Below, piece by piece: positions 8,494-18,376 of a stretch of 64,000 nucleotides of DNA. Both the position numbers and the translations under genes were made by a program. The DNA is from Candidatus Latescibacterota bacterium (GTDB lineage: Bacteria; Latescibacterota; UBA2968; UBA8231). Position 1 is the stretch's first letter. Each line of letters starts with the position of its first letter. The stretch is taken from assembly GCA_965197905.1 (NCBI GenBank), contig CBDAOB010000004.1, positions 1,824,001 to 1,888,000 of the forward strand. The letters are read 5' to 3'. Under the pieces are notes generated by a model. It did not search any database and had not been told where the DNA came from. It saw only the letters and a program-made list of their open reading frames with translations.

Positions 8494-10857
8494 CTATAGG
8501 CTGCGGGCACAGCGGAAGCCGATGGTGTAGTCGAAGCGGGAGTTTGGTCCATAAGCGAGGCGGTTGGTGGCCAGATGGATGTGGGGGTTCTGGTCGGCCA
8601 GCGAACCCCCTCGCAGGACCTTGAGCCCGGCCTCGCCAGCCTCGGTGTTCAGCGGGTCTCGAGTCGGACCGGTCACGTAATAGTCCCGCGACCACCAGTC
8701 GGCCACCCATTCCCACACATTGCCCGACATATCGAGCGCTCCGTACGGACTTGCTCCTCGCAGTTTCGAACCCACCGGCCAGGTGCTCTCCTGTCCGCAC
8801 CCGTCGCCGCCGTCATCCATGACGATCCAGTCGCAATCGGGATCTTCATCGCCCCACGGGTAGCGCTGACCCTCCGTGCCGCGGGCCGCTTTCTCCCATT
8901 CCGCCTCGGTGGGCAAGCGCTTATTCGCCCACCTGCAGTAGGTGTTGGCCTGAAACCAGGTGACGGCGTTGACCGGGTGCAACGCCCGTTCCGGCTTTCC
9001 CCAGTTGGTGAAGTCGCCTTCGAAGTGCAGCCGATACGCCTCCGGCCCGCTGTACGGTTCGCTACAGGACCTGTCGTGGACGCAGGCCTCGTATTCGGCC
9101 ACGGTGACTTCGTGCCGGTCAATATGGAAGGCGCTGACGAAAACCGTGCGCTCAGGCCGCTCGTCGCCGGCGCCCCGTTCGGCTCCCATGCGGAAGGGAC
9201 CGGCCGCTACCAAAACCATTTCCTCCAGGTCGACAGGAAGCACCGCGCCCGCCACGGGAACATCCCCCTCCTGGCGTTGTACAAAGCGGTTTCTCTGGCG
9301 CCAGTCTGAATGCCTTCGAGCTGCGGATTCGATGCCCGGATCCGGCACCTGAGTGGCGGCAATAGTGGGACCGGAGGTGGCACAGCGCACCCCCACATAC
9401 GGGTACCATCGCAGGGGCGGCATGCGGTAACGGTTTGCGGCGCGCATGTCCGGGTCCGGATCGACGTAAAACCAGCCATTGCCGCGCAACACTTTGCGAC
9501 TTCCGTCTCCCAGGTGCACCGGGTTTTCCACCGGAGCCTTGGCATAATAGCTGCGGTCGTAGTCGTCCATGACCCACTCCCAGACATTTCCGGCCATATC
9601 CAGCAGGCCGTACGGACTTGCACCCAAAGGCCGTCCTCCCGCGGGACCGGTGCCATCATGCCCACAGCCCAGTCCCAAACCCGCACGCATCATGATGGCG
9701 CGGTCGCAATCGCCCGCTCCGCCAGGCGGGGTGTTCCCCCACGGGTAGCTAAACCCAAAGGTCCCCCGCGCCCCTTTCTCCCACTCGGCCTCCGTCGGCA
9801 GCCGCATTCCGGCCCAACTGCAATAACGCGAGGCATCGAACCAGCTGATACAGTTGGCCGGATGGTCGTCACGGTCGTCCCGTCCCCAGTTGCACGCCTC
9901 GCCGCTGGCCGCTTCGGGACAGGCGCCCGCTTCGACACACCGTCGATACTGGGCTTGGGTTACCTCGAGTTGCTGCAGGAAATACCCGTCCAGGAATACC
10001 GCGTGGGGGGGTGATTCATCCTGGTACTTTTTACTGCCCATGGTGAACGAACCGCCGGGTACGCCCAACAGCAGGGCCGATTCGCCCGACGGCAGCGGTT
10101 CATTGCGCCGTCCCAAAGAAACGGTGAGTTGGGTATCGAACTCCCGGGCAAACGGCTGGACATTCTCCCTCCGCAGGGTCTCGATCCCGATCCCCGACAC
10201 CTCGACGTCGAAGCGCGCTTGCACGACCGCCTTGGGAGACCAGCTGCCCGCAGAGTGCCGATTCGTGCTCCCGTCCAACAGGGTCAGCTTTCGACTCGCC
10301 GCGAATTCTCCCGCCACCAGGCGATAAAAATAGACCCCGGCGGCCACGGCCTGGCGCCGATCGTCTGTTCCGTCCCAAACGATTCGATAGGTGCCAGCGG
10401 ACAGATCTTGATCAACGAGGCGCCGCACCCGCCGACCGAGCAGATCGTAGACCTGGAGCCCTACCTGGGTTGAATGGGACAAGTGGAACGGGATGACCGC
10501 CAGGGGATTGAACGGGTTGGGAAACGCGAAACCCAGCTGGGTCTTGGCATAGTTGGGGGAGCGTGAGGAGGAACTGCTGATGGACGTGGCAACGTCGGGA
10601 AGGGAGACGACGTAGGAACCGCTGGCAGTTGTCCGCGTCTCAAACAGGTCGCCGGAACCCTGGTCGATAAATCGCACTGTAACCCCGGCCACCGGGTGCC
10701 GATCAAGATCGAGCCGAACCGTGCCCAAAACCTCGAACCCCCAACTGGGCAAGGCCATCCCCACTAAGACGAGGAAGTTTGCTGGACAGTGCCACCGGAG
10801 GGTTCTACTTTTCAGCAGATCGAACACCGTATCTTCTTTTTCTTCAACCAGTTCCAT
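8494..10857 (-). CDS. Exported protein: carboxypeptidase-regulatory-like + FlgD-Ig domain + two FGE-sulfatase (SUMF1/EgtB/PvdO) domains
   Basis: FPNPFNP...VYDLLGRRVRRL...WDGTDD...VAAGVYFYRL; two copies of F.MG...EVT...RLPTEAEWEKxARG...YPWG...SPYGxxDMxGNVWEW...KVLRG...GxRCA. Start uncertain. Confidence 0.9.
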   Translation of the reverse strand: MELVEEKEDTVFDLLKSRTLRWHCPANFLVLVGMALPSWGFEVLGTVRLDLDRHPVAGVTVRFIDQGSGDLFETRTTASGSYVVSLPDVATSISSSSSRSPNYAKTQLGFAFPNPFNPLAVIPFHLSHSTQVGLQVYDLLGRRVRRLVDQDLSAGTYRIVWDGTDDRRQAVAAGVYFYRLVAGEFAASRKLTLLDGSTNRHSAGSWSPKAVVQARFDVEVSGIGIETLRRENVQPFAREFDTQLTVSLGRRNEPLPSGESALLLGVPGGSFTMGSKKYQDESPPHAVFLDGYFLQQLEVTQAQYRRCVEAGACPEAASGEACNWGRDDRDDHPANCISWFDASRYCSWAGMRLPTEAEWEKGARGTFGFSYPWGNTPPGGAGDCDRAIMMRAGLGLGCGHDGTGPAGGRPLGASPYGLLDMAGNVWEWVMDDYDRSYYAKAPVENPVHLGDGSRKVLRGNGWFYVDPDPDMRAANRYRMPPLRWYPYVGVRCATSGPTIAATQVPDPGIESAARRHSDWRQRNRFVQRQEGDVPVAGAVLPVDLEEMVLVAAGPFRMGAERGAGDERPERTVFVSAFHIDRHEVTVAEYEACVHDRSCSEPYSGPEAYRLHFEGDFTNWGKPERALHPVNAVTWFQANTYCRWANKRLPTEAEWEKAARGTEGQRYPWGDEDPDCDWIVMDDGGDGCGQESTWPVGSKLRGASPYGALDMSGNVWEWVADWWSRDYYVTGPTRDPLNTEAGEAGLKVLRGGSLADQNPHIHLATNRLAYGPNSRFDYTIGFRCARSL

Positions 10858-10890
10858 CTCACGCTACGAACAGCAGCAAGCTCCGTCAAC

Positions 10891-13800
10891 ATGCTTCCTG
10901 TCTCAGCTGCAGCCCTGCTCACGCTGTTTCTAGCGGCGCGGTGTGGCGCGAATCAGTTAGAGCTGGTGGCCAGTGATGCCATTGGCCTCACCGTCGAGTT
11001 TCGCCAAACTGCTCAGCCTCCCATCGAGCGCCAGATTCAGGGTAAGCGGTTCCACGAGCTCTCGGTGTCCGGCCCCCGGCCTCTGGCGCCAGGGATCCCT
11101 TCGGTGCCGTTTCGGTCGACGTTGATAGCAGCGCCTGCCGGTTCCGGGCTCCGTCTCGAGGTGCTTGAGGCGCACTACCTGCAGTACGAAGAGATCGACC
11201 TGCTGCCGGTGGTAGCGGCCATTGCCAGCGACGGGGGGGTCGAACTGTTCCGCCGAGATCCGCTGGCCTACGGCACCGACACCTTTGGGCCGCCCGAACT
11301 GGCTACGAGCGAGTTCCTCGGCATCCAACGAGGGGTCCACTCGCATCGGTTACAGCTACACCCGTTTCGGTACAATCCGGTGCGGCGGGTGTTGCGAGTG
11401 TTCGATCGGCTGGTCATTCGGGTGCACTTCGTAGGGGGCCGCCTTTCGAAGGTGCCGCCTATCGGCGCTCGACGTTCCCCCTTCCACGGCCATTTCTTGA
11501 ATCCCGTTTATCCGGCGGCGCGTCGGCCGGTCGCCAAAACGAGTCAGAACGAATGGTACGATCGCACCCAACCATGGGTGAAGCTGGTGGTGGACCGGGA
11601 CGAGCTGTTTCGCGTCGAGAGGGGATTTCTCGAGGGGTTGGATCTCGACTTGAATGGGGTCGATCCGCGCACGTTTCGGCTCTTCCACCGGGGACGCGAA
11701 CAGAGGGTATTCGTCTCGGGGGAAGAGGACGGCATCTTCGATAAAGGGGATTTCCTCCTTTTCTACGGTCAGTTTCGCCGCGACGATCGCGATTTCGACA
11801 GCATTTTCGGTCGGCAGAACACCTACTGGCTCACCTGGAGTGGCGAGCGGGGACGGCGCTTCGTCGAACGGGACGGGGCTCCCACAAACCAGTTTCCCGA
11901 GTCGATCTATCACTGGTCGACGGCTCACTTCGAGCAGGATCTGTGGTATGACCCGCTACCCGATGCGCCGGACAATCTGCGCGATCACTGGTTCTGGGAT
12001 CAGCCGGTCTTTGCAACCAAACCGGACGTGCCTTCCTCGCGCATATTCGCCCGCGACCTGAGCTATCCCAAGCTCGACGAAGAGTACACGGCGCGCCTTC
12101 GCGTGGCTCTCCACGGAACGACCAATCTGGGCCATCATACGGTGGTAAAACTGAATAACAAGGAGATCGACGACGCCATCTGGGAGGGCCAGGTGGAACG
12201 TAGATTCGAGCGCGAAATCCCCAGCAACTACCTGCGCGACGGCACCAACCGGATCCTGCTCCAAGCTTTCGCCGATCAGGCAAAGTGGGACCAGGTGTTT
12301 TTCAACTGGTTCGCGATCGATTACCGCAGGCTCTACCGCGCCAAGGTCGGTTTCTTGTCGTTTGAAAGACCGGCCATCCCCAGCGGGGAAAGGATCTCAA
12401 TTGGTGGTTTTCACAACCGCAAGATACAACTATTCGATGTGGCGAATGGGATCCGCTTCACAAGCATAGAGGTCGACTCGACCGAGACTGGAATCGCTGC
12501 GACCTTCGAACATCGATCGGCGGAGGTTGCGGCCTTCGTGATCGTCGACAGCACCCGGATTCTCAGCCCCGCCGGCTCCGTTGACGAACCCTCCGCTTGG
12601 CGCACACCAGATCGCGCCGCGGACTATCTCATCATTACACACCCGCTCTTCGTGGAATCGGCGGAGCGCCTTGCCCGCCACCGCCAACGCAACGGTCTGA
12701 CCACGGCGATCGTTAGCACGGAGGATATCTACGACGAGTTTTCGTTTGGCCTTTTTGATCGCGATGCGGTGAAGGCGCTGGTTCAATACAGCTATGATTT
12801 CTGGGAAACGCGGCCGACCTACCTGCTGCTCATGGGGGATGCCACCTTCGACTACCGCAATCTCTTCGGCGGCGGAGCCCCAAGTTTCGTGCCCAGCACA
12901 TATTACCACGCCCGCAACCGGGGCCATGCCCCGAGCGACGTTCCGTATGGATTCCTAGAAGGGGACGACCTTCTGCCCGACTTGGCCGTGGGCCGTTTGG
13001 CCGTCGGGTCGCCCGAGGAAGCGGCAGCGGCGGTGGAAAAGATCATCCGCTACGACACCGAACCCGAACCGGGTCCCTGGCGCGGCCGCGTCGTCTACGG
13101 GGCCAACTACCACGCTCGGGGTCTCTTCACCGAACCCAGCGACCGCCTCGCGGACCGCTATACCGAACCCTTGGGGCTGCAATCGATCAAGGTCTACAAC
13201 GAAGATAACGCCCCCATTCCCAACGCCACGGGGAAGCGATTCCTCGATGCCCTAAATGACGGTGCGCTGCTGGTCAATTTCAGCGGCCACGGCAGCGCCG
13301 GCACCATGCAGTTTCTGTTCTCCCTGCAATTCCCGGACTGGGATTATCTGAGCCAGGTGAACAATGACCGGCGTCTGCCTCTGGTGCTGGCGCTTTCCTG
13401 CCTGAACGGCATGTTCGCCAATCCCCACGTGGAGAGTCTGGGGGAGGTTTTCACCGACAAACCCACGGGGGGTTCGATCGCGTATATCTCCGCTACAGCT
13501 GAGAGTTTTGTCGCCCAGAACGAGCTCCTGGGCGAGAACCTGTTCGCAGAATTGTTTGAACGGGGGAATCTGGCGTTCGGGCTGAGTCTCAACGCCGCCA
13601 AGACCCAGGTCCTGGCCGCCCATTCCAGTTTCAAGGAGGCGGTACTGACCATGCAGCTTTTCGGGGACCCGGCGCAGAAGCTGGCCCTGCAGCGCGCGCC
13701 CGATTTTGTGGCTGCGCACCTCAGCGTCCCGTCGCAGGCGCTGTTCCCAGGGGAAAGGACATCGATCGAGCTGGGACTGGAAAACCACTCCATTTCTACC

Positions 13801-16395
13801 CCAGACAGCGTTCGCGTGCTGCTCCTGGCCCACCCTCCAACGGGGTCCGATCCCGATACCTTGCTCGACCGCCAACAACCCGGCTTCACCGAGGAGCAAT
13901 CGCTTTCGGTGCCCTGGTCTATCGGCGTCGCCGGGAGTTATCACCTGGAGATGTTTCTCGATCCGGACGGCGAGACCGCCGATGAAAAACCCTTGAACAA
14001 CAGCTACCTGTTAGGCGTTGAAGTTCTGGAGCCCTTGATGCCGATACCGGGATCTCCAAAAACGCATGCTGTGCTACAGTCAAATGGCATCGCACTGACA
14101 GCTCTGCTGCCCATCGATGCCGGCGCGCTCGAGTGCGAGTTTGCGCTGTCCACGGGCTCCGAATTCGCAGCAGGCAACACGACCTTGTCTCCCGCCGTCG
14201 TCTCGAGGAACGGTCTGGCCACTCACGAAGTGACCGTCGAAGAAGAAAGGGTCTACTTCTGGCGCGCCCGTATCCAACGCAACGGATCAGCCGGTCCGTG
14301 GAGCGCACACCGGTCATTTTCGATCTCCAGTGAACCGAATCCCCCGGACTGGCGTCAGTCAGGTAAACAGTTTGTCGATGCGAAGATAAACCCCTTGGAA
14401 CTCGACCCGCGCGGTGGGTTGGTTTTGTCTCCGACCAAGCAGCCCTTCCGCATGACCGGTGCCCAGCGGGAAGGGTGGTTTACCGTAGCCGAGCTCGAGG
14501 GCGCCGGCGTCGTCTGCACGGATGGGAGCTATCTCTACGCCAAACGCTGGTTCAACGACCCATCCACGGTTTATCCAGGCAGCGACTATTTCACTCGGAT
14601 CGGAACCGGATTCAACGGCACTTCGGCCGGAGTGGTCTACGACACGCTAGCTGATTCCACCACCGCCGGCATCTCGGCCACCTACCACAGCGATGGGTTC
14701 ATTTACAACGAAAGCGGGCGCGCCTTCGAGTTGGAGCGCATCGCAGTTTCGACGGGAAGAATGGACACCGTCGAGGTTCCGGATGGGCTGGTGGAGTGGA
14801 AGTACGGTCGCGTGGAAGAGGGGCACTCGTTACTGACCTCCGACGGGAAACACATTTACAATGTCTCCATGAGCTCAGAAGCGGGCACGCGCAACGAGTG
14901 GCGGGTGCGGGTCTTCGATCCGGTAAACGGGTGGGCGTTGGTACGCGATTTTACCTCTCCCCCTACGGAGACCGGTTTCACCTACAAGTGGACCGATGGG
15001 GTTATCGCTGATACCGAGGACCTCTATTTCATCGAGTTCAGCGGTGGCCACCGCGTCCGACGAGTGCACCGCGCCGATGGCGCCGTGCGAGACGAGTCGG
15101 TGGGGGATCAGGATTCTACCCGAATCGTTTCGGGCCAGTACGACTGGGTCAATAATAAGGTGTGGCTTGGAGACCTCTTCGGACCCACCATCTACCGCTA
15201 TGCTGGAGGGGAGCGCGTCGAGGATGCCGAATTTGTCTCGCCAGCCATTGGGCCAGCGGCGGAATGGAGCTGGGTTGCACTCAACGGCACGGCTCCGGTG
15301 GCGCCAAACCTGCGCATCGATCTGCTCACCCGCAGCGCGGTCGACGGCACCTGGATGCCCTTGGAGGGCTTTTCCGATCTGTCTCCGAACGGGTCGATAG
15401 ATATCAGCTCGGTGTCGGCGGCCACCCATCGCTATCTCAAGCTGCGGGCGAGATTCTCTGGGGCGGCCGCCGCCACCCTGCACGACTGGTCGGTACGGTA
15501 CACACCGCTGCCATCCCTGCAGGTAGTCACCGCCACCGGCGAGGTAGATTCCTTGATGCGGATCGAGGCCGTAGTGCGGATCCTGGAGCCGCCAGCCAAC
15601 GATCCGGTCGTGATCCAGGTGGAGAATGCCGGAGGCACCGTTCTGGCCGCGCAAACCATCACCGATCTCTCCAATCCAGGTGCCGCGCAGGTGATACGTT
15701 TCGACGGCCTGCCGCCACCGGGGCCGCAAGAAGAGCGGTTCGTGCGCCTGGTCACCGCCCAGCCAGACGCGGATCCGCAGGACAACCGGCTCGCGGTAAC
15801 CTTTCCGCTCTCAGCTGCTCCGACGCTTGTTGTTGTGCCTTCCGGTCGGGCTTTTCAAGACGGGGACTTCTTGCGACCGGACGAAGCCCTGTGGATTCTC
15901 CTTGCCTCCGCGCCCGAGACGGTCGAGTTATTGGTGGACGAGGTCCATGTAGAGGCCGACTCGATACGAAACGACGACGATGGGGGTTTACGTCTGCTCT
16001 ACCGATCAACGGCCCCCGAAGGAAGACACCACCTGCTGATCAGGACCGGTGATCTGAGCGGCGGCAACCGCGACTGGTCCTACCAGTTCCTCTTGCGCGA
16101 CGATCTTAGCATCGCTCAGGCGCTGGTCTTTCCAAACCCCGTGCAAGAGAACGCCGACTTTACCTTTTCCCTCTCTCACGACGCCAAGGTGACGGTGCAG
16201 GTGTTCTCGTTGAGCGGACGCCTAGTTCGACGCCTGGGCACGGAGGAACAGCTCGCGGGATTCTGCACAGTATCGTGGGACGGTCGCGACGAAGACGGCG
16301 CACGGGTGACCAACGGCACCTACCTCTACAGAATTGATGCCCACAACGGGGCCGAAGGAGCAGTGGTACGGGCAGCGCTAACGGTGGTGCGCTGA
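10891..16395 (+). CDS. Large C25 (gingipain/PorU-like) cysteine peptidase with propeptide, CARDB-like/Ig domains and C-terminal FlgD-Ig
   Basis: ADYLIITH, DIYDEFSFG, YLLLMGDA, PDLAVGRL, catalytic FSGHGS (His) and ALSCLNG (Cys), LFGDPA; C-terminal VFPNP...FSLSGRLVRRL...WDGRDEDG..NGTYLYRI; signal peptide from ATG10891 (track start 10789). Confidence 0.9.
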   Translation: MLPVSAAALLTLFLAARCGANQLELVASDAIGLTVEFRQTAQPPIERQIQGKRFHELSVSGPRPLAPGIPSVPFRSTLIAAPAGSGLRLEVLEAHYLQYEEIDLLPVVAAIASDGGVELFRRDPLAYGTDTFGPPELATSEFLGIQRGVHSHRLQLHPFRYNPVRRVLRVFDRLVIRVHFVGGRLSKVPPIGARRSPFHGHFLNPVYPAARRPVAKTSQNEWYDRTQPWVKLVVDRDELFRVERGFLEGLDLDLNGVDPRTFRLFHRGREQRVFVSGEEDGIFDKGDFLLFYGQFRRDDRDFDSIFGRQNTYWLTWSGERGRRFVERDGAPTNQFPESIYHWSTAHFEQDLWYDPLPDAPDNLRDHWFWDQPVFATKPDVPSSRIFARDLSYPKLDEEYTARLRVALHGTTNLGHHTVVKLNNKEIDDAIWEGQVERRFEREIPSNYLRDGTNRILLQAFADQAKWDQVFFNWFAIDYRRLYRAKVGFLSFERPAIPSGERISIGGFHNRKIQLFDVANGIRFTSIEVDSTETGIAATFEHRSAEVAAFVIVDSTRILSPAGSVDEPSAWRTPDRAADYLIITHPLFVESAERLARHRQRNGLTTAIVSTEDIYDEFSFGLFDRDAVKALVQYSYDFWETRPTYLLLMGDATFDYRNLFGGGAPSFVPSTYYHARNRGHAPSDVPYGFLEGDDLLPDLAVGRLAVGSPEEAAAAVEKIIRYDTEPEPGPWRGRVVYGANYHARGLFTEPSDRLADRYTEPLGLQSIKVYNEDNAPIPNATGKRFLDALNDGALLVNFSGHGSAGTMQFLFSLQFPDWDYLSQVNNDRRLPLVLALSCLNGMFANPHVESLGEVFTDKPTGGSIAYISATAESFVAQNELLGENLFAELFERGNLAFGLSLNAAKTQVLAAHSSFKEAVLTMQLFGDPAQKLALQRAPDFVAAHLSVPSQALFPGERTSIELGLENHSISTPDSVRVLLLAHPPTGSDPDTLLDRQQPGFTEEQSLSVPWSIGVAGSYHLEMFLDPDGETADEKPLNNSYLLGVEVLEPLMPIPGSPKTHAVLQSNGIALTALLPIDAGALECEFALSTGSEFAAGNTTLSPAVVSRNGLATHEVTVEEERVYFWRARIQRNGSAGPWSAHRSFSISSEPNPPDWRQSGKQFVDAKINPLELDPRGGLVLSPTKQPFRMTGAQREGWFTVAELEGAGVVCTDGSYLYAKRWFNDPSTVYPGSDYFTRIGTGFNGTSAGVVYDTLADSTTAGISATYHSDGFIYNESGRAFELERIAVSTGRMDTVEVPDGLVEWKYGRVEEGHSLLTSDGKHIYNVSMSSEAGTRNEWRVRVFDPVNGWALVRDFTSPPTETGFTYKWTDGVIADTEDLYFIEFSGGHRVRRVHRADGAVRDESVGDQDSTRIVSGQYDWVNNKVWLGDLFGPTIYRYAGGERVEDAEFVSPAIGPAAEWSWVALNGTAPVAPNLRIDLLTRSAVDGTWMPLEGFSDLSPNGSIDISSVSAATHRYLKLRARFSGAAAATLHDWSVRYTPLPSLQVVTATGEVDSLMRIEAVVRILEPPANDPVVIQVENAGGTVLAAQTITDLSNPGAAQVIRFDGLPPPGPQEERFVRLVTAQPDADPQDNRLAVTFPLSAAPTLVVVPSGRAFQDGDFLRPDEALWILLASAPETVELLVDEVHVEADSIRNDDDGGLRLLYRSTAPEGRHHLLIRTGDLSGGNRDWSYQFLLRDDLSIAQALVFPNPVQENADFTFSLSHDAKVTVQVFSLSGRLVRRLGTEEQLAGFCTVSWDGRDEDGARVTNGTYLYRIDAHNGAEGAVVRAALTVVR

Positions 16396-16408
16396 GGGAG
16401 TTCGAACA

Positions 16409-16437
16409 TTGACACTCGCGCCCCAGCGGCCTATCAT
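16409..16437 (+). promoter_or_regulatory. sigma70-type promoter of gltA
   Basis: TTGACA - 17 bp - TATCAT. Confidence 0.7.
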
Positions 16438-16532
16438 TTCGCCGGATCGCTAACCAGCCACGGCATCCGTAGTAGCCATTACCTTCCACGATTCAAGCGT
16501 CACCACAGGACAACGCTCGAGGAGATTATCCT

Positions 16533-17822
16533 ATGACCGAAAAAGCCCAACTCAAGCTCAACGGTACCGAGCTGGAACTTCCGGTAATAGTGGGAACCGA
16601 GGATGAACATGCTCTCGACATCAAGAGTCTCAGAGCGGAGACCGGGCACATCACCCTGGACAGCGGTTTTGGCAACACCGGCTCGTGCCAAAGTGCCATA
16701 ACCTTCATCGACGGCGAGAAGGGTATCCTGCGCTATCGTGGTATTCCCATCGAAGAGCTCGCCCAACACAGCACCTTCATCGAAAGCTCTTATTTGCTCA
16801 TTTGGGGCGAGTTGCCCACGGCCGAACAGCTGGACACGTTTAGCGACCTTCTCACCAAGCACCAGATGCTGCGAGAAGAGATCCGACACCACTTCGACCT
16901 CTTTCCCGCCAACTCTCCGCCGATGGCGGTGCTGTCGGCGGTACTCAATGCCTTGAGCTGTTTTTATCCGGAGCTGGTCGAGATCGAGGACGACAACGGT
17001 TTTATCGAGGTCGCCGCCCGCATCATTGCCAAGATTCGCACCATTGCCGCCTACTCCTACCGCCACGAGATGGGTTACCAGATCAACTATCCACACCCGG
17101 ATAAAACCTTCTCCGAAAACTTTCTGCACATGATGTTCAGCGATCCGTACGTCGAGTTCGATGCGCAGCCGGAGCTGGTGCGGGCACTGGATCTGATCTT
17201 TCTACTCCATGCGGATCACGAGCAGAACTGCAGCACCTCTACGGTGCGTATGGTCGGCAGCTCCGAAGCCAACCTGTTCGCCTCGGTGGCCGCAGGAGTG
17301 TGTGCCCTCTGGGGGCCCTTGCACGGAGGCGCGAATGTTGCCGTAGTGGATATGCTGGAGCATATGCACGCGGAGAATATCTCGGTCAAAGACTTGGTAC
17401 AGCAGGTTAAAGACAAGACAGAGGGCCTGCGCTTGATGGGATTCGGTCATCGGGTGTATAAGAATTTCGACCCGCGGGCGAAGATCATTAAGCAGTCCGC
17501 AGTGGAGGTCCTGGCTAAACTGCATATCAAGGATCCGCTGCTGGACCTGGCCGAGGAGCTGGAAGAGGCCGCGTTGAACGACGATTACTTCATCGAGCGC
17601 AAACTGTATCCGAACGTCGATTTCTACAGCGGCATCATCCTGCGCGCCTTGGGCATCCCCAAGAAAATGTACACCGTCATTTTCGCCATTGGGCGTATGC
17701 CCGGTTGGATAGCCCACTGGCGGGAGATGCGCTTCATCACCAAGGACCGTATCAGCCGGCCGCGGCAGGTCTATACTGGGTATCCCCAGCGCCCGTACAT
17801 CCCCCTGGTGAATCGGCGCTGA
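16533..17822 (+). CDS. gltA: Citrate synthase (type II)
   Basis: DSGFGNTGSCQSAITFIDGEKGILRYRG, LHADHEQNCST, LWGPLHGGAN, MGFGHRVYKNFDPRA, LYPNVDFYSG; GAGGAG RBS. Confidence 0.98.
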   Translation: MTEKAQLKLNGTELELPVIVGTEDEHALDIKSLRAETGHITLDSGFGNTGSCQSAITFIDGEKGILRYRGIPIEELAQHSTFIESSYLLIWGELPTAEQLDTFSDLLTKHQMLREEIRHHFDLFPANSPPMAVLSAVLNALSCFYPELVEIEDDNGFIEVAARIIAKIRTIAAYSYRHEMGYQINYPHPDKTFSENFLHMMFSDPYVEFDAQPELVRALDLIFLLHADHEQNCSTSTVRMVGSSEANLFASVAAGVCALWGPLHGGANVAVVDMLEHMHAENISVKDLVQQVKDKTEGLRLMGFGHRVYKNFDPRAKIIKQSAVEVLAKLHIKDPLLDLAEELEEAALNDDYFIERKLYPNVDFYSGIILRALGIPKKMYTVIFAIGRMPGWIAHWREMRFITKDRISRPRQVYTGYPQRPYIPLVNRR

Positions 17823-17952
17823 CGTCTCAAGGCTCGCGACTCGAAATCCCCGGGTAGGGTGCGGCGCTTGGGTGGTTTTGCAGTTGACCCATTGATTCGT
17901 GCAGGTATTTTCAAGGGTGTCCCTACCCTCACCTCACAAGGAGAACACGACG

Positions 17953-18243
17953 TTGACCCCGACCATAAGTGTGCGCCACGACAAGGTTTCTGATGCCACT
18001 CGTGAGTACATCGAAAAGGCGTGCGAAAAGTTTGGTCAGTACTACGATCGGATCGTCGAATGCGACGTTGTAGTCGAAAAACAGAAGAAGGGAACGCAGG
18101 TGGAAATCGTTCTGAAGGTGCCGCAGCAAACCCTTACTGCTTCTTGTCTTGAGGAGAATCTCTACAAAGCTGTGGACGCCGCTAAGGAACGAATAGAAAC
18201 CCAGCTCAAGAAGTATCACGACAAGAACGTTGCCCACCGTTGA
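17953..18243 (+). CDS. raiA: Ribosome hibernation factor, short HPF/RaiA
   Basis: ISVRH...DATREYIEK...DVVVEK...NLYKAVDAAKERIETQLKKYHDK; AAGGAG RBS before TTG17953. Confidence 0.88.
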   Translation: MTPTISVRHDKVSDATREYIEKACEKFGQYYDRIVECDVVVEKQKKGTQVEIVLKVPQQTLTASCLEENLYKAVDAAKERIETQLKKYHDKNVAHR

Positions 18244-18262
18244 TCTGGGCGGGGGTATCTGC

Positions 18263-18295
18263 AACCGGTCTGGCCCTGGTCAGGCCGGTTTTCTT
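18263..18295 (+). terminator. Intrinsic terminator after raiA
   Basis: AACCGGTCTGGC...GTCAGGCCGGTT stem followed by TTCTT. Confidence 0.7.
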
Positions 18296-18310
18296 GTGTA
18301 CCACCTCTTC

Positions 18311-18339
18311 TTGACATGCCCAAACGGGCAACGTATGAT
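18311..18339 (+). promoter_or_regulatory. Near-consensus sigma70 promoter of the secretin gene with a palindrome in the spacer
   Basis: TTGACA - 17 bp - TATGAT; the spacer holds TGCCC-AAAC-GGGCA (18317-18330). Confidence 0.75.
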
Positions 18340-18376
18340 GGGAAAAACGCGGTCCCTGGGAAAGAAATTCGGAACT

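Noticed and set aside
4512..10857. Diversity-generating retroelement (RT close to an FGE-sulfatase/C-lectin-fold gene)
   Set aside because: The RT has YADD, a maturase domain and flanking intron RNA domains, so it is a group II IEP. I found no template repeat matching either FGE C-terminal region with adenine-specific mismatches, and no avd gene.
16500..17129. Antisense ORFs over gltA, and similarly over gltB/gltD, the helicase, mtnP and the LRR gene
   Set aside because: They fully overlap confidently identified genes on the opposite strand; typical high-GC shadow ORFs.
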